This document shows positions 10,963 through 21,970 of a stretch of DNA of 64,000 nt, in pieces. Origin of the DNA: the human T2T-CHM13v2.0 reference genome, Homo sapiens. The notes under the pieces are model-generated. The model did no database searches. It was not told the origin of the DNA and worked only from the letters and a program-made list of their open reading frames with translations. The position numbers and the translations under genes are program-made. The DNA is taken from the NCBI RefSeq assembly GCF_009914755.1, contig NC_060928.1, one strand, 5' to 3'. Position 1 is the stretch's first letter. The number at the start of each line of letters is the position of its first letter.

Positions 10963-13600
10963 TGATAGGATTCAGGACAAGTTACCCCCAAATATGGTAC
11001 CTTGGCATTTGAGAAAACAACAGAAACAGGATGGTCACTCTCTGACCTTCTTATACCTTTCTTTCTTGAAGCGGGTCATAAAACCCTCATGTGAGGGGTG
11101 TCTACTATGCACTGGGAGGAGAGGAACAGCCATATCTCTGAAGATAGTGTATTAGTCCATTCTCATGCTGCTATGAAGAAATATCCAAGACTGAGTAATT
11201 TACAAAAGAAAAAGGTTTAATTGACTCACAGTTCCACATGGCTTGGAAGGCCTCAGGAAACTTACAATCATGGCAAAAGGTGAAAGGGAAGAAAGGCACC
11301 TTCTTCACAGAGCAGCAGGAAGAAGTGGTGAGCAAAGCAGGGGAAAGCCCATTTTAAAACCATGAGATCTTGTGAAAACTCATTATCATAAGAAGAGCAT
11401 GTGGGGTAACCACCCCTATGATTCAATTACTTCCCACTGTGTCCCTTCAATGACACATGGGGATTATAGGAACTACAATTTTAGATGTGATTTGGGTGGG
11501 GACACAATCAAACCATATCATTCCACCCCCAGCAGCTCCCATATATCATGTTCTCACATTTCAAAACACAGTCATGCCTTTACAACAGCCCCCAAATGCT
11601 TATCTCATTCCAGCATTAAACCAAAAGTCAAAGTCCAAAATCTCATCTGAGACAAGGCAAGTCCCTTCTGCCTATGAATCTGTAAAATCAAAAGCGAGGT
11701 AATTACTTCCTAGATACAATGGCAGTAGAGGCAGTGGGTAAATATACCCATTCCAAATGGGAGAAATGGGCCCAAAGGGTCTACAGGCACCATGCTAGTC
11801 CGAAATCTAGTGGGGCAGTCATTAAACCTTACAGTTGGTACATAATCTCCTTTGACACCATGTCTCACATCCAGGTCATGCTGATGCAAGAGATGGGCTT
11901 CTATGGCCTTCAGCAGTCTACCCCTGTGGCTTTTCAGGGTACAGCCCCTGCCTCCTGGCTGCTTTCACAGGTTGGCATTGAATGTCTGCAGCTTTTCCAG
12001 GAATATGGTGCAAGTTGTCAGTGGATCTACCATTCTGGGGTCTAGAGGACAGTGGCCCTCTTCTTACAGCCCCACTAGGCAGTGCCCCAGTAGAGACTCT
12101 GTGTGGGGGCTCCAACCCCACATTCTCTTTCTGCACTGCCCCAGCAGAGGTTCTCCATGAGGGATGCACCCCAGCAGTAAACTTTTCTTGAACCTCCAGT
12201 CATTTTCATACATTCTCTGAAGTATAGGTGGAGGTTCCCAAATCTCAATTCTTCACTTTTGTGAACCCACAGGCTCAACACCATGTGGAAACTGCCAAAG
12301 CTTGGGGTTTGCATCTTCTGAATTAGTGTCCCGAGCTGTACCCTCGTCCCTTTTAGCCATGGCTGGAGCTGAAGCACCTGGGATGCTGGGTGCCATGTCC
12401 TGAGGCTGCGCAGAGCAGGGGGCCCTGTGCCCAGCCTAGGAAACCATTTTTTCTTTCTATGCCTCTGAGCTAGTGATGAGAGGGGTTGCCATGAAGACCT
12501 CTGACGCCCTGCAGACATTTTCCCCATTGTTTTGGCAACTAATATTTGGCTCCTCATTACTTATGCAAATTTATGCAGCCTGCTTGAATTTCTGCTCAGA
12601 AAATAAGTTTTCCTTTTCTATTGCATCAACAGGCTGCAGATTTTCCAAACTTTAATGCTCTGCTTCCCTTCTAAACATGAGTTCCAATTCCAAATAATCT
12701 CTTTCAAGTTCAAAGTTTTACAGATCTCTAGGGGAGGGGCAAAATGCCTCCAAACCCAATGCTAAAGCATAACAAGAGTGACCTTTGCTCCAGTTTCCAA
12801 GAAGTTCCTCATCTACGTCTGAGACTACCTCAACCTGGACATCATTGTCCATATCACTATCAGCATTTTGGTCAAAGCCACCCAACAAGTCTCTAGGAAG
12901 TTCCAAACATTCCCACATTTTCCTGTCTTTTTCTGACCCCTCCAAACTATTCCATCCTTCGCTTGTTACCTAGTTTCAAAGTTACTTCTACATTTTGGGG
13001 TATCTTTATAGCAGTGCCCCACTACTCCTGGCATCAGTTTACCATATTAATCCATTTTCATGCTGCTATGAAGAAATACCCAAGACTGGGTAATTTGTAA
13101 AGAAAAAAGGCTTAATTGATTTACAGTTCCACTTGGCTGGGAAGGCCTCAGGACACTGACAATCATGGTGGAAGGTGAAAATACCTCTTCACAAGGCAAC
13201 AGGAAAGAGAAGGGCTGAGCAAATGGGAAAAAGCCCCTTAGAAAACTATCCGATCTTTTGAGAATTCACTTACTATCACAAGAACAACATGGGAGTAACT
13301 GCCCCTAAGATTCAATTACCTCCCACTGAAGATTATGGGAACTACAATTCAAAATGAGATTTGGGTGGAGACACAGCCAAACCATATCAGATAGCAATGC
13401 AGAGAAGAAACTAAACAAACAGACCTTGCTAAGTTCTCCCAGTTTGTTACCACTAGATCATGCTCCCTTTGTCCAATCATACTTCTTCACAACTATTCAC
13501 TTCTTCATCAAACTTTGTGTAAAAATATACAGGTTTTCCTGTTTCTATGGGTATTCATTTCTGAAGGCTCCCATGTTACACAGTATTTAGATTAAATAGA
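10963..13600 (+). mobile_element. Older ERV1-type solo LTR (family unassigned), split by a THE1 into 10963-11147 and 13395-~13600
   Basis: TG start; the right half (GACCTTGCTAAG...AGATCATG...TTTGTCCAATCATAC...CAGGTTT) clearly matches a second copy at ~53470-53823 in this window. Confidence 0.6.
11148..13389 (-). mobile_element. Full-length THE1 (THE1D-like) MaLR: LTR 11148-11520, internal region, LTR 13043-13389
   Basis: Two homologous THE1 LTRs around ~1.5 kb of MaLR internal sequence (LELPRDLLGGFDQNADSD); perfect TSD GATAG at 11143-11147 and 13390-13394. Confidence 0.95.
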
Positions 13601-13639
13601 GTATGCCAGGACAGTTAAAGAGGCTTCATTCCAAAATAC

Positions 13640-14165
13640 ATTTGTTCATTCATTCAGCAAAATTTCTTTAAGTATCACTGTATGCCAGAAAATATGCTGT
13701 GTCACAGTAGATAGTAATCAGCAAGAGGACACAATCTGAAGTTTGCAGAGTATACAACCTAACAGGTGAAAAAATACATCATTAGAAATTGTGATAATAG
13801 CAATGAAGGAAAATCAAAGGCCTCAATGACAGAACACTATGAGGTGTCTTTTTCAGATAAATACTATGAGAAGGCCCCTCTGCAGAGCTGACATTTTAGA
13901 TGAGACCTAAGGATAAGAAGAAGCCAGAAATGTGAGTATGCAAGGGAAGTATTTCCAGAAAGAGTGAACTATAAACAAAATGAATTGACCCAAGAGAGAG
14001 CTTACCATTTTTGAAAACTAAAACAAGAACAATGTGTTTAGAGTGTGCTGTGGGCTGAGACTAGTTCAAAATAAAATACAAGATGGATTTGATAGGTAGA
14101 TTATGCAGTACCTCCTAGGCCATGTTTAAAAGACTAGGTATTGTTATAAGCGCAATGAAGAGACC
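13640..14165 (-). mobile_element. L2 LINE 3' fragment
   Basis: TTCATTCATTCAGCAAA (reverse complement of the L2 tail) followed by degenerate L2 3' sequence. Confidence 0.65.
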
Positions 14166-15841
14166 CAGAATGGAAGATGTGAAAAACACACACGCACTGG
14201 GAGAAGAAATGCAGGACCCTGAAATTCTAAGCTGAACATAAAGTCTTAAATGACAGTACTAAAAGCTTATTTCCCAGGCCATGCCTATAAATGTGAAGGT
14301 TTGTTGATGTTTATACATGAAATTGTTTGGCTATGTTCAAGTCTTTTATGGTATGGAGACATATAGGTGAGAAGTTCATTTTCATCTTTGTCCTCAAAAT
14401 TGGCTGACGTATTTAAAATGTCTCTTAATGAATATTTCTTATATACATAAATATTTACAAAGAATAACATAATTCTGTTTATATGTGTTTATCAAACTAC
14501 CTATGTATTACTATATCCAGATGTCAACGATATTCTTTTTTGGACAGAAGGATCATCATTGAGGACGGGAGGCAGAATTACATTGCAGCTCTGACTCAGA
14601 TGGATAGAGCAGCATGCAGAGATTCGCATTGTGAATTTTAACTCCAGAATGACTGTAGGAATAAATGGGGAATCCCAAAAGGACCCACAGACTCTCTGAA
14701 GGAAGCAGACTGCTCCTGAAGGACCCAGGAGACACCCTAAATACTGTGAGTGCCCAAACTGCAGAAGTGGGAAAGGAAGTTCCTCTTTTCCCAAACACAC
14801 ACCCCCACTGAGGAAACTGAATGTCTGGCTTGCAGCACAAGATTTTGACCTCACCTGGAGCTGAGACAATTTAGAGAGCCAAGCAAAATACAGAAGTAGA
14901 GGAGCAACGGAAAGACCCTGGGAGCTTGCTGGGTCCTCAAGCAGGCCATTCCTGCCTGGCATCACAAGGATCCTTAGGGTGTGTGGCCAGTGGCCCAAGG
15001 AAAATGCCATAGGAAGAAGGAAGTCTTCAGTTGAACTTTGTAATAATTTGGACCAGTCGAGAAGCCTCCTGGTCAGAACTCGGGGGAGGGCACAAATCTG
15101 GTGTGCAGACTCCGCAGGCAGGGGAAGAACTAAAGCTCTTTTCTTTTGCAGCTGGGAGGCAGGTATCCTGGGGCAAGTACTCAACCCTGATTGCCCACTG
15201 CCTGGAAACAGACTTGGCTGTTAGGGGGAGCATGATGGGAGTGAGACTGGCTCTTCAGATTGCATGGGAGCTGGGTGATGCCTGTGACTGTGGCTTCCTC
15301 CCACTTCCCTGACAACCTGCATGACTCAGCAGAGGCAGCCATAATGCTCCTAGGTACACAACTCCATTGACCTGGTAACCTCACCCACATCCCCCACAGC
15401 AGCCACAGTAAGATCCGCCCAAGGAGAGTCTGAGCTCAGACACACATAGCCGTGCCCTGACCTGATGGTCTTTCCCTATCCATCCTGGTAACTGAAAAAA
15501 GAGCGTGTACTCTTGGGAGTTCTAGGGCCCCACCCACCATTGGTTGCTCTCCTTACTACCACAGCTGATGCTCTCTGGAAAGCACCACCTCCCAGCAGGA
15601 TACCAACCAGACCAAAAATAGAACATTAAACCACAAAAGCTAAGAACCCTCACAAAGTCCATTTCACCCTCCTGCCATCGCCACCAGAACAGGTGCTGGT
15701 ATCCACAGCTGAGAGACCCACAGACAGTTCACATCACAAGACTCTGTGCAGCCAACTCCCAGTACCAGCCCAGAGCCTGGTAGACTTGCTAAGTGGCTAG
15801 ACCCAGAAGAGAGATAACAATCCCTACAGCTCAGCTGTCAG

Positions 15842-16556
15842 TGAGAGACAGGACTAGCTGGATTTCCTAGGCTGACTAAGAATCCCTAAGCCTAGCTGGG
15901 AAGGTGACTGCATCCACCTTGAAACACGGGCCTTGCAACTTAGCTCACACCAGACCAATCAGGCAGTAAAGAGAGCTCACTAAAATGCTAATTAGACAAA
16001 AACAGGAGGTAAAGAAATAGCCAATCATCTATCACCTGAGAGCACAGGGGGAGGGACAATGGTCAGGATATAAACCCCGGCACTTGAGATGGCAATGGCA
16101 ACGCCCTTTGGGTCCCCTCCCATTACATGGGAGCTCTGTTTTCACTTTATTAAATCTTGCAACTGCACACTCTTCTGGTCTGTGTTTGTTATGGCTTGAG
16201 CTGAGCTTTCGCTTGCCGTCCACCACTGCTGTTTGCTGCCGTCCCAGACCCGCCGTTGACTTCCACCCCTCCAGATACGGCAGGGTGTCCGCTGCACTTG
16301 TGATCCAGTGAGGCATGTCCATTGCCGCTCCCAATCAGGCTAGAGGCTCACCATTGTTCCTGCCTGGGCTAAGTGCCCAGGGTTTGTCCTAATTGTGCTG
16401 AATAGAGCTATAACACTCACTGCATGGCCCAAGATTCCATTCCTTGGAATCCATGAGGCCAAGAACCCCAGGTCACAGAACAAGGGGCTTGCCGCCATCT
16501 TGGAAGCAGCCTGCCACCATCTTGGGAGCAATAAGAAAAAGGACCCCCCAGTAACA
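15842..16556 (+). mobile_element. Solo LTR17 (HERV-W/HERV17) inserted in the L1PB 5' UTR
   Basis: Starts TGAGAGACAGGACTAGCTGGATTTCCTAGG, ends GTAACA; 4-bp TSD TCAG at 15838-15841 and 16557-16560; L1 sequence resumes afterwards. Confidence 0.95.
15955..16154 (+). promoter_or_regulatory. LTR17 core promoter and poly(A) motifs
   Basis: CCAAT at 15955 and 16021, octamer-like ATGCTAAT at 15985, TATAAA at 16069, ATTAAA at 16149. Activity not shown. Confidence 0.6.
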
Positions 16557-19500
16557 TCAGGAATCCACATCCATAGGAAAAGGGAGAGAGTTCTACATCA
16601 AGGGAATTCCCCGTGGGACAAAAGAATCTGAACAACAGCCTTTAGCCCTAGACCTTCCCTCTGACAGAGTTAACCCAAATGAGAAGGAACCAGAAAACCA
16701 ACTCTGTTAATATAACAAAACAAGGATCTTTAACACAACCAAAAAATCACACTAGCTCACTAGGAATGGATCTAAACCAAGAAGAAATCCCTGGTTTACT
16801 TGAAAAAGAATTCAGGAGCTTAGTTATTAAGCTAATCAGGGAGACGCCAGAGAAAGGCGAAGCCCAATGCAAGCAAATCCAAAAAACAATGCAAGAAGTG
16901 ACGGGAGAAATATCCAAGGGAATAGATAGCATAAAGAAAAAACAATAAAAACTTCAGGAGACATCGGACACATTTATAAAAATGCAAAATGCTCTGCAAA
17001 GTCTCAGCAATAGAATTCAACAAGTAGAAAAAAGAAATTCAGAGCTTGAAGGCAAGTTATTTGAATTAACCCAATCCAGAAGCACCAGGTAACCTATAAA
17101 GGAAAACCTATGAGATTAACAGTAGATTTCTCAGTAGAAATTCTAAAGCTAGAGTTTCTAGCTTGAAGGGATTGGGGCTAGAAGGGATTGGGGTCCTATC
17201 TTTAGCCTCCTCAAACAAAACAATTATCAGCCAAGAATTTTGTAGCCAGTGAAACTAAGCATCATATATGAAGAAAAGATACAGTCTTTTTCACACAAAC
17301 AAATGCTGAGAAAATTTGCCACTACCAAGCCAACACTACAAGAACCACTAAAAGGAGCTCTAAATCTTGAAACAAATCCTGGAAACATGTCAAAACAGAA
17401 CATTTCTAAAGTATAAATACACAGGATCTATAAAACAAAAAACCAAGATATACAGGCAACAAATATCACCATGAATGGAATGGTACCACACATCTCAATA
17501 ATAACATTAAATGTAAATGGCCTAAATGCTCCACTTAAAAGATACAGAACTGCAGAATGGATAAGAATTCACCAACTGACTATCTGCTACCTCAAGAGAC
17601 TCATCTAACACATAAGGACTCACATAAACTTAAAATAAAAGAATGGAAAAGGCATTTCACGAAAATGGACACCAAAATTGAGCAGGGGTAGCTATTTTTA
17701 TATCAGACAAAACAAACTTTAAAGCAACAGCAGTTAAAAAAGACAAAGAATGACATTATATAATGGTAAAAGGTCTTGTCCAACAGGAAAATATTACAAT
17801 CCTAAACATATATGCACCTAACACTGGACCTCCCAAATTTATAAAACAATTACTAATAGACCTAAGAAATTAGATAGACAGCAACACAATAACAGTGGAA
17901 AACTTCAGTATTCCACTGACAGCAGTAGACAGGTCATCAAGACAGAAAGCCAATAAAGAAACAATGGATTTAAAATATACCTTGGAATGAATGGACTTAA
18001 GAGATATATACAGAACATTCCATCCAATAACCAGAGAATAAACATGCTATTCAACAGCTCATGGAACTTTCTCCAAGATAGACCTTATGATAGGCCAGAA
18101 AAAAAACTCATTGAATTTAAGAAAACTGAAATTATTTCAAGCACTCTCTCTGACCACAGAGGAATAAAACTGAAAACCAACTTCAAAGGCACCTGCAAAA
18201 CCATGAAAATACATGGAAATTAAATAACCTGTTCCTCAAAAATGAAATCAAGATGAAAATTTAAAAATTCTTCAAACTGAATGACAATAGTGACACAACC
18301 TATCAAAACCTCTGGGTTACAGCAAAGGCAGTGCTAAGAGGAAACTTGATAGCCCTAAACACCTACATCAAAAGACTGAAAAAGCACAAACTGACATTCT
18401 AAGGTCACACCTCAAGGAACTAGAGAAACAAAACAAAACAAATCCAAACCCACCAGAAGAAAGGAAATAACCAAGATCAGAGCAGAACTAAATGAAATTG
18501 AAACAAAAAAATATACAAAATATAAATAAAACAAAAACCTGTGTCTTTGAAAAGATAGATAAAATTGGTAGACCATTAGCAAGATTAACCAAGAAAGAAG
18601 AGAGAAAATCCAAATAACCTCAATAAGAAACAAATGGGAGATATTACAACTGACACCACAGAAATATAAAGGATCATTCAAGGCTACTGTGACACCTTTC
18701 TGCACATAAACTTGAAACGTAGAAGAGATAGATAAATTTCTGGAAAAATACAACCTTCCTAGCTTAAATCAGAAAGAATTAGATACTCTAAACAGACCAA
18801 TAACAAGCAGTGAGATTGAAAATGGTAATTTAAAAATTACCAAAAAAAAAATAGTCCAGGACCAGATGGATTAATAGCAGAATTCTACCAGACATTCAAA
18901 GAATTGGTACCAATCCTATTGACACTATTCCACAAGATAGTATAAAAGGAAACATTTCCTAATTCATTCTATGAAGTCAGCATCACCCTAATACCCAAAT
19001 TAGGAAAGGACATAACCAAAAAAGAAAATTACAAACCCATATCCCTGATAAACATCAATGCTAAAATCCATGATACAGTACTAGCTAACTGAATCCAACC
19101 ACATATCAAAAAGATAACCCACCGTGATCAAGTGGGTTTCATACCAGGGATGCAGGGATGGTTCACATATGCAAGTCAACAAATGTGATATACCACATAA
19201 ACAGAATTAAAAACAAAAATCACATGATCATCTCAATAGATACAGAAAAAGCATTTAACAAAATCCAGTGTTGCTTTATGATTAAAACTCTCAGCAAAAT
19301 CAGCATACAAGAGACATACCTCAATGTAATAAAAGCCATCTATGACAAGCCCACAGCCAACATTATACTGAATGGGGAAAAGTTGAAAGCCTCCCCTCTG
19401 AGAACTGGAACAAGACAAGGATACTCATTTTCACCACTTCTATTCAACTTAGTACTGGAAGTCCTAGCCAGAGCAATCAGAGAAGAGAAAGAAATAAAGG

Positions 19501-21693
19501 ACATCTAAATTGGTAAAGAGGAAGTCAAACTGTCACTGTTTATTGACAATATGATTGTTTACCTCAAAAACCTTAAAGACTTCTCCAGAAAGCTCCTAGA
19601 ACTGACAAAATAATTCAGCAAAGTTTTCAGATACAAGATTAGTGTACACAAATGTAGTAAATCTCCTACACATCAATAGTGACCAAGCAGCAAATTAAAT
19701 CAAGAACTCAAGCCCTTTTACAATAGCTGCAAAAAATCTGAAATATTTAGGAATATACCTAACCAAGGAGGTGAAAGACCTCTACAAAGAAAACTACTAA
19801 ACACTGCTGAAAGAAATGAGAGATGACACAAACAAATGAAAACACATCCCATGTTCATGGATGGGTAGAATCAATAGTGTGATAATGACCATACTGCCAA
19901 AAGCAATCTACAAATTCAATGCAAGCCCCATCAAAATACCACCATCTTTCTTCACAGAAAGAAAAAAAAATCTAAAATTCATATGGAACCAAAAAAGAGC
20001 CCACATAGCCAAAGCAAGACTAAACAAAAATAACAAATCTGGAGGCATCATACTATCTTATTTCAAACTACACTCTAAGGCCATAGTCACCAAAACAGCA
20101 TGGCACTGATACACAAATATTCACATAGACCAATGGAACAGAATAGAGAATCCAGAAATGAACCCAAATACTTGCAGCCAACTGATCTTTGACAAAACAA
20201 ACAAAAACATAAAGTGAGGAAAGGACACCCTTTTCAACAAATGATGCTAGGATAGATAATTGGCTAGCCATATGTAGGAGAATGAAACTGGACCTTCATC
20301 TCTCACCTTAAACAAAAATCAACTCAAGATGGATCAATGACTTAACTAAGACTTGAAACCATAAAAATTCTACAAGATAACATCAGAAAAACCCTTCTAG
20401 ACATTGGCTTAGACAAGGATTTCATGACCAAGAACCCAAAAGCAAATGCAATAAAAACAGAGATAAATAACTGGAACTTAATTAAAATAAAGAGCTTTTG
20501 CACAACAAAAGGAACAGTCAGCAGAGGAAGCAGAAAAACCACAGAATGGGAGACAATTTTACAATCTGTATATCTAACAAAGGTCTAATATTCAGAATCT
20601 ACAAGGAACTCGAATCAACAAGAAAAAAACAATTCCATCAAAAAGTGGGCTAGGGACATGAATAGATATTCTCAAAAGAAGATATACAAATGGCCAACGA
20701 ACATTATGAAAAAATGATCAACACCTCTAATGATCAGGGAAATGCAAATCAAAACCACAATGTGATACCACATTACTTCTGTAACAATGGCCATAATAAA
20801 AAAATCAAAAAACAGTAGATGTTGGTCTGGATGCCAGGGAACACTTCTACACTGTTCATGGGAATGTAAGCTAGTAAAACCGTTATGCAAAACAGTGTGG
20901 AGATTCCTTAAAGAACTAAAAGTGAAACTACCATTTGAACCAGCAATCCCACTACTGAGTATCTGCCCAGAGAAAAAGAAGGCATTACACGTAAAAGATA
21001 CTTGCACACATATGTTTATAGCAGCACAATTTGCAATTGCAAAATCGTGGAACCAACCCAAATGCCCATCAATAAACTAGTGGATAAAGAAACTGTGGTA
21101 TATTTATATACAATGGAATACTACTCAGCCATAAAAAAGCATGAATTAATGGCATTCACAGTCTCCTGGATGAGACTGGAGACTATTATTCTAAGTGAAG
21201 TAACTCAGGAATGAGAAACCAAACATCGTATGTTCTCACTGATACGTGGGAGCTAAACTATGAGGACACAAAGACATAAGAATGATACAATGGACTTTGG
21301 GGACTTGGGGGTAGGGTGGGAGTGGGGCAAGGAATAAAAAATAAACTGCAATGAGAAGCTTTTGAAATGGTTTCAAAAACATATTAGCAATGCAGACCAG
21401 TTTGAAGGTTATTTTGGTGTTCCGGTGAAAGAAATGTACCTTGATCTTTAAGGTGGTGACAGTAGCAGAGGAAACAAGTAACTGAGAAACTAGAAAAAAC
21501 AAGTAATGGAATTTGGAGATGTATGTAATTAAGGTATTAAAGAGAAGGAAGTACCAAGAATGACCCCAAATTTGCTCTAAAGGTAAATGGTAATGATATT
21601 TGAGGAGATGAGAAAAACAGATAGAAAAACGACTAGTATGAAAGAAAATCAAGAGTTCAGTTTTAAATGTATTAAATTTAAAAGTGTTGAGAG

Positions 21694-21850
21694 GGCCAGG
21701 CACGGTGGCCCATGCATGTAATCCCAGCAGTTTGGAGGCCCAGACAAGACGATTTCTTAAGGCCAGACGCTCAAGACCAGTCTCAGCAATATAGCAAGAC
21801 CCAGACTCAAAAACAAACAAACAAACAAACAAACAAAAAAAGAATAAATA
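21694..21850 (+). mobile_element. Free left Alu monomer (FLAM-like) with (CAAA)n tail
   Basis: Single Alu left arm plus tail; degenerate TSD TAAAAGTGTTGAGA / TAAAAGTCTTGAAA. Confidence 0.8.
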
Positions 21851-21914
21851 AAAGTCTTGAAAGACATTCCACTCTAGGTGAAAAACAGATAAACATATGA
21901 GTATGGAACTCAAA

Positions 21915-21970
21915 AAAGTGGTCTACTTTGGAGATATATATTAAAGTGGTCTACTCTGGAGATATACATT
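21915..21970 (+). repeat. 28-bp tandem duplication
   Basis: AAAGTGGTCTACTTTGGAGATATATATT then AAAGTGGTCTACTCTGGAGATATACATT (2 mismatches). Confidence 0.9.

Larger units (their letters stand above)
14546..21343 (+). mobile_element. Near full-length L1PB (L1PB1-like) LINE-1, inactivated
   Basis: L1PB-type 5' UTR; ORF1 from 16679 (MRRNQKTNS); ORF2 from ~17472 with EN/RT remnants (RTGTRQG, PLLFN); 3' UTR CATAAGAATGATACAATGGACTTTGGGGAC. Many stops, an ORF1 deletion near 17077, and a clipped 3' end. Confidence 0.93.

Noticed and set aside
14501-15184. 227-aa minus-strand ORF, the longest in the track
   Set aside because: Antisense to the GC-richer L1PB 5' UTR, with no recognisable domain; most likely a chance open frame.
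21236-21913. 225-aa hydrophobic minus-strand ORF
   Set aside because: Spans L1 3' UTR, L2 and an Alu monomer with a (TTTG)n tail; a composite of unrelated repeats.
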